From Octopus sinensis (taxonomy: Eukaryota), in assembly GCF_006345805.1 (NCBI RefSeq), contig NC_043001.1, positions 33,170,001-33,234,000 of the forward strand: a DNA stretch of 64,000 bases. Direction: 5' to 3'. Position numbers and translations under genes: made by a program. Below the pieces are notes generated by a model, which was not told the DNA's origin, made no database searches, and was given only the letters and a program-made list of their open reading frames with translations. Positions 13,349 through 27,510 of this stretch are shown one piece after another (the first letter of the stretch is position 1; each line of letters begins with the position of its first letter).

Positions 13349-13640
13349 TCAACGAAAAGTTACAAGAAACGACAGGTCAAAATCAGATGAATGGTGATAG
13401 CTCTTCAGATAATTGGTGGAATACAAATATCGTAGTTCATTAGGAAAATGCAACTCTCGTAGTTGAAGTAAAGGTGGATTAGTGTATGCATTTACTTTGA
13501 GGAGAGTAGACAGAAGCGAGTGTAAAGATATTAAAATGAAAGTGAAGCGTGTGATTGATAAGATACCAACACATTGATATTGACGGGTAATAATGCAGTT
13601 AAAGGCATGTTGGGTACAAAGAACCATAAAAGATCAGCAG
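13349..13640 (-). pseudogene. Possible highly decayed Penelope-like RT fragment
   Basis: Weak resemblance of LCTQHAFN..YQCVG and DFDLSFLV to PLE RT segments; no intact catalytic motif. Confidence 0.25.
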
Positions 13641-14073
13641 CAGTCTTGCTGGAAAAGGTGGATGTCAAAGAAGATTAACGGTCTTAGGAAACATAAATAA
13701 GCAGAACTGGTGGAAGCAGGTCAAATAAAAGAAAGAAAGGTTAGATGAGAAGATAAATGAATTTCAAAAATTAAAAGTCAATGGTCAAAGCGCTAAATCA
13801 GAGTTTCATTACAAGTATGTTCAGCACTCTTTTCTTCATGAAATTGTCATTTATTATAATCATTAAGATTATGTTTTTTCCTTCTTTCTTCAAATTTTCT
13901 TCCGTTTTTCGCCGAGTGTTTTCCATACACCTAGGGCAGAGAAGCTCAGTGTATGCATTCCCAGATTACACACGCAAATTCACAGATAAAATATGTATTT
14001 AAAAATTAATAAAGAAATAAATTCTTGGATGTTTTCACAGCGATAATGCTCGTCTCAGTAGATGAGCCGTTCC

Positions 14074-14114
<41 letters not shown>

Positions 14115-14159
14115 TTAATAATAATCATAATAATTATAAAGTGCAAAAAATCGTATTAT

Positions 14160-14840
14160 TAAGCGGCAAGCTGGCAAAATCGTTAGCACACCAGACGAAA
14201 TGCTTAGCTGCAGCTCGCCTGTCACTACGTTCTGAGTCAAAGTTGACTTTACCTTTCATCTTTTCGGGGTCGATTAAATAAGTACCAGTTACGCACTGGG
14301 GTCGATATAACTCATCCCCTACCCCAAAGTTGCTGCCCTTGTGGAAAAATTTGAAATTACTACTAATATTATTATTATTATCATCATCATCATCATTATT
14401 ATTATTATTTAGCGGTGTGCTGGCAGAATTATTAGCACACCGGACGAAATGCTAAGCGTTCGTCTTCACGTTCTGAGTTCAAATTCCGCTAAGGTCTACA
14501 TTTTCTTTCATTGTTTCGGAGTCGATGAACTAAGTACTGGTTCAGTAACGGGATAGACACAATAGACTCCCCGTCTTCTATGAAATTGCTGACCTTGTGC
14601 CAAAATTTGAAACCATTGCTATCATTAAGGTAGTAAGCTGGCAGAACCGATAGCGTGCCGGACAAATGCTTAGCGGCATTTTTTATGGCTTTATGTTCTG
14701 CGTTCAAATGCCGCCAGTATCGATTTTGCCTTTAATTCTTTCGGAGTCGACAAGATAAGGACCATTTCAACACTGGGAGCGATGTAATTGACTAGCTCCT
14801 TCCCAAAACATTTCCGGCTTTGTGCCTATAGTAGGAAAGA
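14160..14840 (+). mobile_element. Three family-A SINE copies separated by (ATT)n/(ATC)n
   Basis: Same head and core as 11810-12601. Confidence 0.8.
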
Positions 14841-15380
14841 TTATTATTATTATTGATGTTGTTGTTGTCGTCGTCGTCATCGTCATCGGTATTGTTAATG
14901 TTAGTCACAATATAGGTCATAAAATATGCTGCGAACATACTATTATATTACTATATATTTGGTTTGCTAGTAAAACCTTCATACCGCTTTAATAATGTTT
15001 TAGGTATATTGTGTATGGAGAGTTTTTTTTTCTTTCTTGTTTTTTTTTTCAATTTCGCTTAACAAAACGTGCAGTTTATTTGCATCTTACTATTAAATAT
15101 TACAGTTTAAAGATCACAAGCAATGCTTGTGTCCAATATTTTTTATTCTTTATTTGGCTTAAAAATATGTACAAACTTTATACACAAAATCAATAAGTAG
15201 AGTAACATTGCAGTGTATAAAGGCTACAAAAGTTTCCATCACGCGTTGATTGGATGTGCTTTCATAATTCCGTATTCATTCTGATAAGAATTTCTTTGCT
15301 TTAATATATTTTCATAAGTATTGTATGTCAGAATTATTTGGTGATACGCTGTAGAATATAGCACAATCCACATGCACTTG

Positions 15381-15423
<43 letters not shown>

Positions 15424-16249
15424 ACACTCCGCAAGTACAATAAAATTATATATTTGTATAGTTTGATAGATTTAGTTGTTATTTAACCTGAAGTTATCTC
15501 TAAATTAGTGAACTTTTAATCATAACCTCTCCAGTCTTGACTATCGTGTCTTTATCTGCAATTCCATGCCTATAATATCCATTGTCTCTCAATATGGACT
15601 TGCATAGAATTTACTACAAGTTTAGCAGGTCGAACGACCGTTTAGTAACTTCTATTGTTGTTGGCTCGAAATAATAATTTGTTAAAACATGTTTAAGCTA
15701 TCCTTCTCTGAGCGTTAACAGCAGGAATATGCGATTGAACAAACATACATGCATTCATCTAAATTTGCATTATAACCTCGACGCTCGTCAAAGATTACTG
15801 CATAATATGAAGATAAGTTTATCTTAATTTAAGTAACATATATACTCACCTTATTTGTTTATCCTCCAAAAATTACTCAATCTCACCTTAATATAATAGA
15901 TTTGGTTTATCCAAGGGAATATAATATATGACGACCGTAAAATAATTTTCTAAATTATATTTGCATACTTCAATAGAACTTATTTTATCATTGTTTTTAG
16001 CAGCAGTTTTAAGTTTACTACCCTAGTATCTCTCCCTGGAAAGGTCTGTTTTAGCCACAGATTGGATTAGAGCACAATGCTGCAGTTACTTAGAGCAGTG
16101 AGTACCCATCTGGTATCTATTTCCAAGTGTTTTAACTCTTTGCCGTCACTGAATATCTCTATTTACAAATTATTACGGACACGAAACAACCTTGCAATAT
16201 TATTTTCGTAAAAAATTAATAGTTTCCATTAATATACTCTTTTTTCTCT

Positions 16250-16455
16250 TTTACTCTTTTACTTGTTTCAGTCATTTGACTGCGGCCATGCTGGAGCACC
16301 ACCTTTAGTCGAGCAAATCGACCCCGGGACTTATTCTTTGTAAGCCCAGTACTTATTCTATCGGTTCTCTTTTGCCGAACCGCTAAGTTACGGGGACGTA
16401 AACACACCAGCATCGGTTGTCAAGCAATGCTAGGGGGACAAACACAGACACACAA

Positions 16456-16490
<35 letters not shown>

Positions 16491-16640
16491 CATATATACG
16501 ACGGGCTTCTTTCAGTTTCCGTCTACCAAATCCACTCACAAGGCATTGGTCGGCCCGGGGCTATAGTAGAAGACACTTGCCCAACATGCCACGCAGTGGG
16601 ACTGAACCCAGAACCATGTGGTTGGTTAGCAAGCTACTTA
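16250..16640 (-). mobile_element. tRNA-derived SINE, family B (ggagtggctgtgtggtaagtagcttgct...gggcaagtgtcttctactatagc...)
   Basis: Near-identical copies at 26167, 34760 and 38873; internal (TA)n(TG)n. Confidence 0.85.
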
Positions 16641-17121
16641 CCACACAGCCACTCCTGCGTCTATGTTGCATTTTGTAATTTTGTTCGACTCTTAAAGCAT
16701 TGCAAGACTGTGTCGCAATGGCAAACTCAGTTAATTGACTCCAATAAGATGAGTAAAGCGATTTACCCATGGGCAATTCTTTAGTTTGTATTTCAATCCA
16801 TCATAATATATTTGAATGCCCAGGGCCACAAAACAACCCACTATTGCTTAGTATTGATAAAATTTATGTGAATTCATAAATAAAAAAAAAACTACAATTT
16901 CCAATTATAGTCTTTTCAGATTTCATACGTGGTTAACTTCCTTCAGAAAGATATGCACGTGCGCCAAACGCATTTCGCAAATCTCTTGTCAATGCATTGT
17001 CATAAAAAATATATATATATATATTTCTTCCCAAAACGGAGCCCAAATTATTTTCTTTTACAGAAACGAATATTCAGCATAATCAACACCATTTTAGTTA
17101 TAAAAAAAAATTAATAAATAC

Positions 17122-17367
17122 GCCCTTTTTAAAGCCTAACCAGGCTCATGAGCCCGGTTTCCCGGTTTCCGTGGCGTATGTGTTCCCCAGCTGGACGGGA
17201 CGCCAGTCCATCGCAGCGTTACTCATTTCTGCCAGCTGAGTGGACTGGAGCAACGTGAAATGAAGTGTTTTGCTCAAGAACACAACGCGTCGTCCGGCCC
17301 AGGAATCGAAACCACAATCTTACGATCATGATGCTGACACCCTAACCACTAAGCCACGCGCCTCCAC
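17122..17367 (-). mobile_element. tRNA-derived SINE, family C
   Basis: Head ggaggcgcgtggcttagtggttagggt...ggtttcgattcct; flanked by direct repeat cattttagttata (probable TSD). Confidence 0.8.
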
Positions 17368-17782
17368 ATTTTAGTTATAGATTCTAGAAAAACTATGTTT
17401 TGTAAGGAATGTGCTACACAGCTCTATTATCTTTAAAACGTCTTTTTCTAAATAAAATCCAATATGAATCGACTACATGTATGTTATTAAACTCTGATCT
17501 ACTCATGTGTGCTATGTGGTGAAAATTGTCTCATTGAATCAACGTATTTTGTATTGCCGTTAAATTTCTAAGACCTCTTTGTACTACAGTGATTTTCCAC
17601 AACAGTTCTAACAATTACTACACACTATTAACATTTAGAAATGTACCTACCGCTCAATTCAGGCTTTAAACATTTCAGAAAAAGCATTTATTCAATAATA
17701 CGAAGCGAAAAATCATAAAATATTTTGTCTGAATGCATGTGAAACGTAATGATTCATTTATTTATGTGTCCATATATTACAG

Positions 17783-17940
17783 AGCCACCTACAATAACAC
17801 CATTTAGTTTCCAAAAGCAAACGCAAGCCGGTCGAAGAGTCACAGTAATCTGTGTGATCAGCAGCGGAGAACTACCCATAGTCGTCGGTTGGTTGAGGAA
17901 TGGACAAGTGATACCGCCAGACCTTGGCATTACCGTAAAG
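17783..17940 (+). CDS. Dscam: Dscam exon: Ig7 N-terminal half (EPPTITPFSFQKQTQAGRRVTVICVISSGELPIVVGWLRNGQVIPPDLGITVK)
   Basis: Characteristic Dscam Ig7 PxIxPFxF...CxxxxGxLP...W; acceptor ttacag|, donor AAG|gtaaat; phase 1-0. Confidence 0.93.
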
Positions 17941-18276
17941 GTAAATCTCATTTAAATTTCTTTAAATTACTTTTGAGTAAATTATTTTAAGAAAGTATTT
18001 TACATATTTTGCACAATGTTTGAAAACTATAATATATTTAATTTTGTTTATAATTACAGTGATTTAAATTGCCAGTCTTCAATGACATAAGTTGCACGGT
18101 GGTATTATTGAAAAATATCAAAAAATGTATCACGAAAAATTTCTACAAATACAAATCTCGCTATTTGTACTTTGCGCTTACTTGAATTAGAGTAACTGGT
18201 TCCTTACAGTTAGTCTTTGTTTAATCAAGAGCTACTTTGCTGAAAGTCCCTTGGATGATCTAGAACTGTTAATATT

Positions 18277-18905
18277 AGTTTCAAATTTTAGCACAAGGCT
18301 AGCAATTGCGGGAGTGGAGTTAAATTGATTTCCGGTGTTCAACTGGTATTTATTTTATCGAATTCGAAAGGATTAAAGACTAAGTCGACCTCGGCGGAAT
18401 TTGAACTTGGCGGAAATTGAAGACGGAATTAATGCCGCTAACATTTTGCCCGGCTTGCTCACGATTCTGCCAGCTAGCCGCCTCAGACAGATAATAATCC
18501 TTTCTACTTTAGACACACGGCCTGAAATTTGGGAAAACGGGACTAGTCGAATATATCGACCCCAGTGTTTCACTGGTACTTAATTTATCGACCCTTCAGG
18601 ATGAAAGGCAAAGTCGACTCGGCGGAATTTGAACTCAGAACGCAGAGGCGAGTAGAAATACTGTTAAGCATTTCAACCAGCGTGCTAACGATTCTTATTT
18701 CTTTATTACCAACAAACGGCTAAACATAGAGGGGACAAACAAGGACAGACAGAGGTATTAAGTCGATAACATCGACTCCAGTGCGTAACTGGTACTCAAT
18801 TTATCGACCCCGAAAGGATGAAAGGCAAAGTCGACGTCGGCGGAATTTGAACTCAGAACGTAACGGCAGACGAAATACGGTGCTCACGATTATGCCAGCT
18901 CGCTG
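18277..18905 (-). mobile_element. Family-A SINE cluster
   Basis: Repeated aaaggcaaagtcgac..cggcggaatttgaactcagaacg. Confidence 0.8.
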
Positions 18906-19994
18906 CCTTTAGAACAGTTAATAGTATTGCCACAAAATCACAAATTTGTTGGACGGAATATAATCACTTGAATCTTTTAAGTATTTAACTGCTACATATA
19001 TAAAAGGGTTTGGGAAGAGAAAAGGATTCATGACGTGATTTTAAACCAGAATCTACCTACGCCAAACTAAATAAAGTGTAAGGGCTTTAATCCTTAGTTC
19101 TGCGTTTTATCGCTTATACATATGTGGTGTCATAGAGTATTATTAACATTCCTTGTAATTACATTATAGGCAATATCTATACAGGCTGCTTGTACGTAAA
19201 TATTAAATAAAATCTTGCTATAAATTCAGTGATATATCTATGTTTATATTCTTTTACGAAAAACGAACAAGTCCGTGCTGCAATATATTAGGTTTAACAA
19301 CTCCTAAGACTTAAGGCAACATGGGAAACATTAATATTGCAGAATCTGGAAATCGTTCAGATATCATTTTAATAAGTTTCCATAGAATATGTGGTATGCA
19401 GTAGATTTTGATATTCGAATGTACATATATTACACTGAAACGTTTCTCTTTATACTGAACAGTATGCTGGCGTAAGCTTTGTATATTAATAAGTATTAGC
19501 ACTGTAAAAATTGAGAAATTCAATCTTACACAACAAAGAATGCATTCAAATGCCGATTCCTTCATACTTCAACTCCTAGTGGTACGATGAATTAGATATA
19601 AACGTATGTTTATAGGAGCGTCGTAACTTTATTCTCAACTGCATAAATAAATTTTGAAAACTGAGAAACAAACGGATATTTATTTCAATATTTGCATATA
19701 CCGATGCAAATAGTGTATACGTTTATACATGCACAGGCATAGGTGTGCATATATGCTTTTATACATACATATACACACATTTATATACGTAATATATGCT
19801 TATATATACAAATATATATGAAAATATATGTGTGTGTGTAGGCATTATAGAAATATATATTTAGATATGCATGTATATGTATATAAATAGTACTTGAGAG
19901 AAAGAAAAGTAAGTGTGATTTATATATATATATATATATATACATATATAATAAAAGAATAATACTAATAATAGTAATAATAATAATAATAATA

Positions 19995-20160
19995 ATAAAA
20001 GGTAACAAAAACAGAATGGGACCTCGATATTAGATAAATAGAGGATTATTTATATGTTATAATTTAGAACAAAAAGTAAAAGGTTGTCATTATAGTACTC
20101 GCAGTTTCGAATGTCCGAGCGAAGAGCTACGATACATCCTCGTCGCCTATTAATGGCTAC
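19995..20160 (-). mobile_element. Penelope-like-derived tail with degenerate hammerhead motif (related to the 8.5 kb element)
   Basis: gacctcgatattagataaatagagga resembles the reverse complement of the 8.7 kb tail. Minus strand reads cattaatag-GCGACGA-ggatgt...acattc-GAAAC-tgcga-GTA-ctataatg (20088-20155). Confidence 0.55.
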
Positions 20161-20379
20161 AGATGCTATGAAAAACCGTTGAATAAAAGAGAAGTTACTC
20201 TAATAGGTAGAAGAAGAAAAAATCAAAAAGATTTTTAAAATACACGTACCATATTCTCACAATACATAGATATAAACCTCCTGCGTTCACAACGTCTACA
20301 AAAGGAACACTCACAAATGTGCATGTATACGTACATGCACAAATGCACACACACACAAACATATATGGCCAGTCATAAT

Positions 20380-20765
20380 AAAAAAGTACTGGTGGAATAT
20401 CCCAGTGAAAACCTCAATAATGTGTAAGCATAACACGCCTGATATAATGATTTGGGATGGAGAAGAGAAACTGTGTAAAGTTGTGCAATTTAGCTGCCCA
20501 GCAGATGTTAACATAAAGCTGAATATCAGTGAAAATGAGAATAACTACACTGAACTTTTGAGAAATCTGCAGATACTCTATCCAGATTGCAAGTTCAGGT
20601 TTATACCTGTAATTACCGGGGCCCTGGGATATGTAACACACTGCCAATTTTGAGAAATTAGGTCTCTCAAAATCAGAAAGAAGAAAGCTAATTTGAAAAC
20701 TACAGATCCAGTTCATCACTGAAACTAAAAATATCTGTAAAACTTCTCAGAACGTTATCATTTAA
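20380..20765 (+). mobile_element. Restriction-like endonuclease (RLE) non-LTR retrotransposon 3' fragment (R4/Dong/NeSL-like)
   Basis: WWNIPVKTSIMCKHNTPDIMIWDGEEKLCKVVQFSCPADVN...LQILYPDCKFRFIPVITGALG matches the PD-(D/E)xK RLE C-terminus. Confidence 0.75.
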
Positions 20766-20924
20766 ACATACATGAGTATGTATAGATATGCAACTATATG
20801 CATGAGAATACATAGATAAAACGCAATAAAAAACAAATTTGCGCATATACATACATATATACAAACAAAAATACCCTGTTGTTGCTGTTGAAACAGGTTA
20901 GAAACAGGCTCTTTCTCTGTGCGC

Positions 20925-20955
<31 letters not shown>

Positions 20956-22499
20956 CAGAGATATATATAATATGCGATGGGATTTTGAACAATTTCCGTG
21001 TTCCAAATTCGCCACAAGGCTTTGGTTCTGTCGCGTATATTTTGGATAAAGGTTTCAGCAGAGTTTACGTAGAAGATATATTTACATATCTCTTTGTATT
21101 TTGTGAGTCCAGTTTTCCTTAACAACATTTCTTGTACCGAAAGTCTCTTTAGAGAATCGACTACCATTGATCTTTTTATTATTTTTTTTTTTACGCTTAC
21201 ACTGAGAATACAAAATGAAATTATGACAGTTATCACGTGATACATGATATCATTAACGATATTCATGTAGCTAGTTATATATGCTATACATACTTCCTGG
21301 GTTGCTGCTGTTCTCTTTTATAGACACGACACCTTTAACCTATATATATGTGTGTGTGTGCGTTTTTCTTACACTCCTCTTTCTCTCCTTTCTTACTCTC
21401 CTTTTCCAAATTTCATCTCTTTTGGGTTTCTTTTCTTACTCTAACATTTCTTCAGCCTCACCTGTATCACTCACTACTTATAACTTCCATTTTCTCTTAC
21501 ACTTTAATTCACTGTTACCATACTAAATTTACGCGCTCTTCGTAGTTTATTCTTTGTGTGTGTGTGTGTGTGTGTTTGTGTTTCTCTAGTGAATTCTTAT
21601 ATTTTTATGTATTCCAATGTACATTTCCCCTTATATATTCTTAAGATAACTGCTTCCTTCTTCAGAATTTTTCAATACTTTTATACGAATTTATACTTTT
21701 ATTTGTTAATGACATCGATTTTTTTAACCAGCCTTCTTCCGTTTCCTTAACTGCACGAGCTGATCAACGTTACCTATCAATTAGAAGCCACTATATGGTC
21801 ATATTATTTACACACTGTGTAATTAAACCGAGACCTTGTACTTAGTTATCAGTTCGCTTTGATGCAATTAAAAATTTGTGTCCAGTTTGAATATCATCAT
21901 TCCGTTATCATCATTGTAATATATTATTTATCTTGTTTTAACAGTTTTATGCGAGATTTTGCTGTAGCACCATATGAATCCTATATTTCTGAAGTGTGTG
22001 TAGTCTTTTCTTTTTAGAATATAAATTTGTATTTTTATCTTATGTCAGTTTGCAATGTAGCATGGTTTTATTTGTTGCTTTCTGTTATCTTAGTGTTTTG
22101 TTTGTTGTGTACAATGTGGTGTGTGTTCACGTTATTCTTTGAGAAGTAGTTATGGTGTATTGTATGTGCTGTGTGAATTATGTTATATCTTTTACTGACA
22201 AATGGTGATGTTATAGTATAGTGACTTGTCTTATATTGTTGAGCAGCAATTGTGGAGATTGTGAATCAAATCAAAATTATTAATACCATAAAATCAGGTG
22301 GTAAATTTATAAGTAAATACGCTTGGATTGAAACTATTCTTACAGAGTCGGAAAAATATTTTGCGGTATATTTTGGGGGTTTTTTTACGTTCTGGGTTTA
22401 AGCGACAGCGCAAACAACCTTTTCTTTCATCCCACCGGGTCGATAAAATAAGTACCACTAAGTCCTAGGATCGATGTGGTTTTGACTGAATTATCCCAT

Positions 22500-22750
22500 A
22501 AGCGTTTCTGGCACCCCATGCATAACAGCCTCCCCTCTCTACGCCACCAGTGTTATCCAAGGGAAAGGCAAAGGCCGATACAGCTTGGCACCTGTGACAT
22601 CGCAACTCATTTCTACAGCTGAGCGAACTGGAGCAACGTGAAATAAAGTGTCTTGCTCAAGAACACAACACGCAGCCCGATCTGCGATTCGAACTCACAA
22701 CCTCACGATCGTAAGCTCGACGCTCTAACCACTAAGCCATGCGCCTTCAC
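22500..22750 (-). mobile_element. SINE, family C
   Basis: Reverse complement of the 51765 copy. Confidence 0.8.
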
Positions 22751-23359
22751 ATGTAATGGACACACTAAAAAACCATGGAAGATAGTATATAATACGTTAA
22801 GGCTAAAAGTCTCTATAGCGACTAACCTATCATAGTTAAATTTTAGACGTCACGCTAAATATTAGCCATAACCTATACAAACACTATAATAAACCACATG
22901 AGAAGCGCACCTACCCATAATCTTATTAAGAATAGAAGTTGTAAAATACTTAAACTGTCCGTGAATATATACATTTTTGACAAGGCAATCCCTTATTGTA
23001 ACGTGCTAAAGGCTTGTGTTTTAAACATGTAGCTTACAATATATTTAATTCTTGAAATCTTTAAACAAGGGGAAGATATAATCTGATTTGTTGCATTCTC
23101 TCTCAATATAACGTCAAATAAAAGACAGAATGTTTCTTAACTTACAAGCTCGGCATTACTCGCAAGCAAATATAGGAGCATATGTTAATCACGCCAGTCT
23201 TTGAACTGAGTTAATCACACTGATTCGCAAGTACATCAGAAATTGCTGCTCGTGTAAAAACGATGACTGACTTCGAGCTAGTTCATGTAACATAAGTTGG
23301 TATATAGGAATTACCGAAGATAAATTCTAGACACGACGTCTCAATAACCTATATATATA

Positions 23360-24010
23360 TTTCTTTATTGCCCGCAATGGGTTAAACACAGAGAGGACTA
23401 ACAAAGGGATTAAGTCGGTTACATCGACCCCAGTGCGTAACTGGTACTTATTTAATCGACCCCGAAAGGATGAAAGGCAAAGTCGACCTCGGTGGAATTT
23501 GAACTCAGAGCGTAACGGCAGACGAAATACTGCTAAGCATTTCGTCCGGCGTGCTAACGTTTCTGCCAGCTCGCCGCCCTTGACAGACGAAATACCTATT
23601 TCTTTACTACCCACAAGGGGCTAAGCATAGAGAGGACAAACAAGGACAGACAAACGGATTAAGTCGATTATATTAACCCCAGTGCGTAACTTGTACTTAT
23701 TTAATCGACCCCCAAAGGATGAAAGGCAAAGTCGACCTCGGCGGAATGTGAACTCAGAACGTAGCGGCAGACAAAATACCTATTTCTTTACTACCCACAA
23801 AGTGCTAAACATAGAGGGGACAAACAAGGACAGACAAACGGATTGAGCCGATTAGATCGACCCCAGTGCGTAACTGGTACTTATTTAATCGACCCCGAAA
23901 GGATGAAAGGCAAAGTCGACCTCGGCGGAATGTGAACTCAGAACGTAGCGGCAGACAAAATACCGCTGAGCATTTCGCCCGACGTGCTAACGATTCTGCC
24001 AGCTCGCCGA
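23360..24010 (-). mobile_element. Concatemeric family-A SINE array (3 units)
   Basis: Three copies of aatcgaccccgaaaggatgaaaggcaaagtcgacctcgg with internal tail-to-body junctions. Confidence 0.85.
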
Positions 24011-24270
24011 CTTAATAACCTATATAGGACCAATAAAGAATGACTAAGCTCTCCTTTTTGCATTTAATTACTGATAGGGACTGACTCTACTGGACTTTTA
24101 AAGGAAAAATATTGAAAATTTCTAAATATTACAGGAATTAGATTAAAATTCGTTATTTAAACTCTGTTGAGAAAAAATAAATCAATGCTGAAACATCGGA
24201 GGCAACGTGAGGTCAACCGTAATTGAAAATGGAAATACAATTAAAACGTACACAATTGTGAATACTGAAT

Positions 24271-24349
<79 letters not shown>

Positions 24350-24404
24350 ACTTGGAAGAGCATAGATATATTTCTATGTATATATTCCTGTGTATATGCA
24401 TGCA

Positions 24405-24845
24405 ATGAATGTCCTGGAATAAGTATAAAATAACCCTGTTGTTACATACACAAATATCAACACAACGAATGCTGTTGAAACATTCCCATCAAAACATCTG
24501 TCACGTGTAAACATAACAGACCGGATATTGTCGTTTGAGACAGGCAAGAAAAAGTATGGCCTGTTATGGAAGACAGCTGTCCTGCTGATGTGATTATCTC
24601 TTTGGAAAGCAACGAGAAAGGGGATAACTGCGGAACTGCTTCGAAACCTCCAGCTTCTCTATCGAGATTATAGATTCATATTTATGCCAACAATAATACA
24701 TGTACTTGGTTTCATAAGTAAATGCTTGTCAATCTGGATAAGCTTGGATTTTCAGAAAAAGAAATCGACTGACTTGATTATTACAAATACATGTTGTAAG
24801 CGGAACAATAAAACTATGCAAAACTTTCTGCAGGTTTAGAATGTA
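24405..24845 (+). mobile_element. Second RLE non-LTR retrotransposon 3' fragment
   Basis: NIPIKTSVTCKHNRPDIVV*DRQEK...EDSCPADV...LLRNLQLLYRDYRFIFMP; homologous to 20380-20765. Confidence 0.72.
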
Positions 24846-25163
24846 ATATTATTTTCGTTACCTACATCTCAATGATGGAGCGTTATATCTTTATTGGAAA
24901 CCAGCTCTTTCTTCAAAGGAAGAATTTGAATAATTAAATATAGAAAACTTACATACATAAATACATACATACATAAATAAATACATACATACATACATAC
25001 ATACATACATACATACATGTGTGTGTTTCTAAAAACCATCAGAACATCGCGCTGACGTGAAAACTCCAGTTGCAATATGAACATTCTATTCCAGTATACG
25101 ATTCAGTCTACTTGTCTGTGTATATTAGTACATATATATGTGCGAGAGAGTGTGGATACGCTT

Positions 25164-25199
<36 letters not shown>

Positions 25200-26166
25200 A
25201 TTAATAAGAATAATCGTATTAGCAACAAAAACAGTGTAAGCCACAACAACGAGAGCGACTGCAAATAAAAATAACTGGAATAACATTATGAAATAAAAGA
25301 AAAACAACAGGATAATAAAACTGCGTTTGTAACATTGATCTCGGCGAGTTTTCGATATAACTGCCAACTCTTAAACTTAGTAATAGTAATAATTATAACA
25401 ACAACAAAATCAGAAATAAGAGCGGATAAAATAATCAGCTAAAAAAATAAAGGTAGAGAGTCAGTTTGAGTGTTTCGAAGTTCTAATGAAAGAAATGCCA
25501 CATAAAATAAATGAATATAAGCAAAAAATAAACAAGTGATTACGGATAAACTGGATGAAACAAAAACAACAAAAAAAAAAGGCATAATTTCTTGGTAGAG
25601 AACTATACGGCTTCGATTAGATCGTTTTGATGATAACAAAAAGTAACAACAGATAAATATATAAATAGATGAAAGTAATAAATAAATCAATATTAGGCAA
25701 AGAATCTTACTTACTGCAAAATAGTAGTTGGCTATTTTCCATACTCACTTTCAAATAAAAAGGTGAGTGACGTATTCCTCATCCCGCCACCTAATAGGGG
25801 AAATGGCGGAACCAAAAGAAAATTCTTTAAGAACAGTTAATGGTTGTTTTCAAAATTTTTCAACAATAATTATGGTTGTTTTCAAGCACACATGCCATGG
25901 AATACTCTTCGGAAAACCAAGATGATATACAAATTTCAATCTAATTATAAAGGTTCAATTGTTCATGGCTCAAACCGTTAGACAGCTATGATACTTGTTT
26001 TTGTTCATTTACACTGTATTTACAATAAGGAGCCTTAGCAATAAATTACATTACAGTACACAAAGCAAAATTACAGGTAAAAATATCAGCTGATAACACC
26101 ACAATCATATATAAATATATGTAATGTAAAAGAAAGAAATACTCGGATAGTATGTATCAGTGTGTG

Positions 26167-26570
26167 TAGGCGTAGAACTGGCTGTGTGGTAAGTAGCTTG
26201 CTTACAAACAACAGGGTTCCGGGTTCAGTCCCACTGCGTGGCACCTTGGGAAAGTGTATTCTACTATAGCCTCGGGCCGACCAAAGCCTTGTGAGTGGAT
26301 TTGGTAGACGGAAACTGAAAGAAGCCCGTCGTATATGTGCATATATATATGTATGTGTGTGTTTGTGTGCCTATGTTTGTCCCCCTAACATCGCTTTACA
26401 ACCGATGCTGGTGTGTTTACGTCCCCGTAACTTAGCGGTTCGGCAAAAGAGACCGATAGAATGATTACTATGCTTACAAAGAATAATTCCTGGGGTCGAT
26501 TTGCTCGACTAAAGGCGGTGCTCGAGCATGGCCACAGTCAAATGACTGAAACGAGTAAAAGAGTAAAAAA
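26167..26570 (+). mobile_element. SINE, family B
   Basis: Full head-to-tail match to the 16250 copy. Confidence 0.85.
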
Positions 26571-27359
26571 GTATGTGTGCATGTGGATTTGTGAGTATAT
26601 AAATATGAAATTTAATCTTGTATTTCGTGCTCGAAATAATAAATTTAAGCAATTACGATGTTTCTTATTCAATAAATTGGCCCTCATCGGCGTACCTTAC
26701 TTTAGGAGCAACGCCGGTTATTTTTTCCAATGTTTACCTTATATTTGAATGGCGTCATGATTAAAATACGATATATGAAATGAAATTCGGTTTGCGAGGA
26801 AAATAATATCCTTGTTTATATCAGAAAAATATTATGGTGAGACATATTTATGATCCTATAAAATAGTGTTTGGGGATATAGATAGGTTCTTAAATTTACT
26901 ACTTACAGGAAGGTGAAATTGATGGAATAAATTTAATTATATAGGCAGAGATTTTAAATTTGTTTGAGTTTAGTCTAGTACAGAATTAAATTGTATGGTA
27001 TATATCATATATATGATTAGATTAAGGTTTAGATGCTCAATATGTTTTGGAGGTGATGTGGTGAAAAAGAATACTTACAACTTAGTTATAATAACCATAA
27101 CAACAACAATAATAATGATAATAACAATAATAATAATAATAATAATAATAGTGATGGCATTTTAAACTAAGTAAATCTAACTCTTACATTTAGGGAATTA
27201 AAAATTAAGTCCTAATTGCCAGATGCATATATTTGTGTATAGTATATTCCTGTTTGTAGGTATTATATATATATATGGTCATCGCCATAAGCTTTAAGCT
27301 TATATAAAAATACCATTATTATTATTTACAGAATATATATATATATTATATACACACAC

Positions 27360-27391
<32 letters not shown>

Positions 27392-27399
27392 TGGCACTT

Positions 27400-27510
27400 C
27401 CAAGGAAAAATATCACAGTGACTTTGATCTTTCAGTTTGCCCGCCTTCATCAGGTTCTCTGATGTAGTTGAGCAAAATGAGACATCAAAGTTATTGTCAA
27501 TTTTTCCTTG
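27400..27510. mobile_element. Decayed fold-back element with paired hammerhead-like cores
   Basis: Imperfect palindrome caaggaaaaa...actttgat...atcaaagt...tttttccttg. Minus strand has CTGATGAaggc..ctGAAA, plus strand has CTGATGT..GAGAC. Confidence 0.4.

Noticed and set aside
26668-26700. Minus-strand CCGATGA...GAAAC
   Set aside because: Stems I and II do not pair; at best a highly decayed relic.
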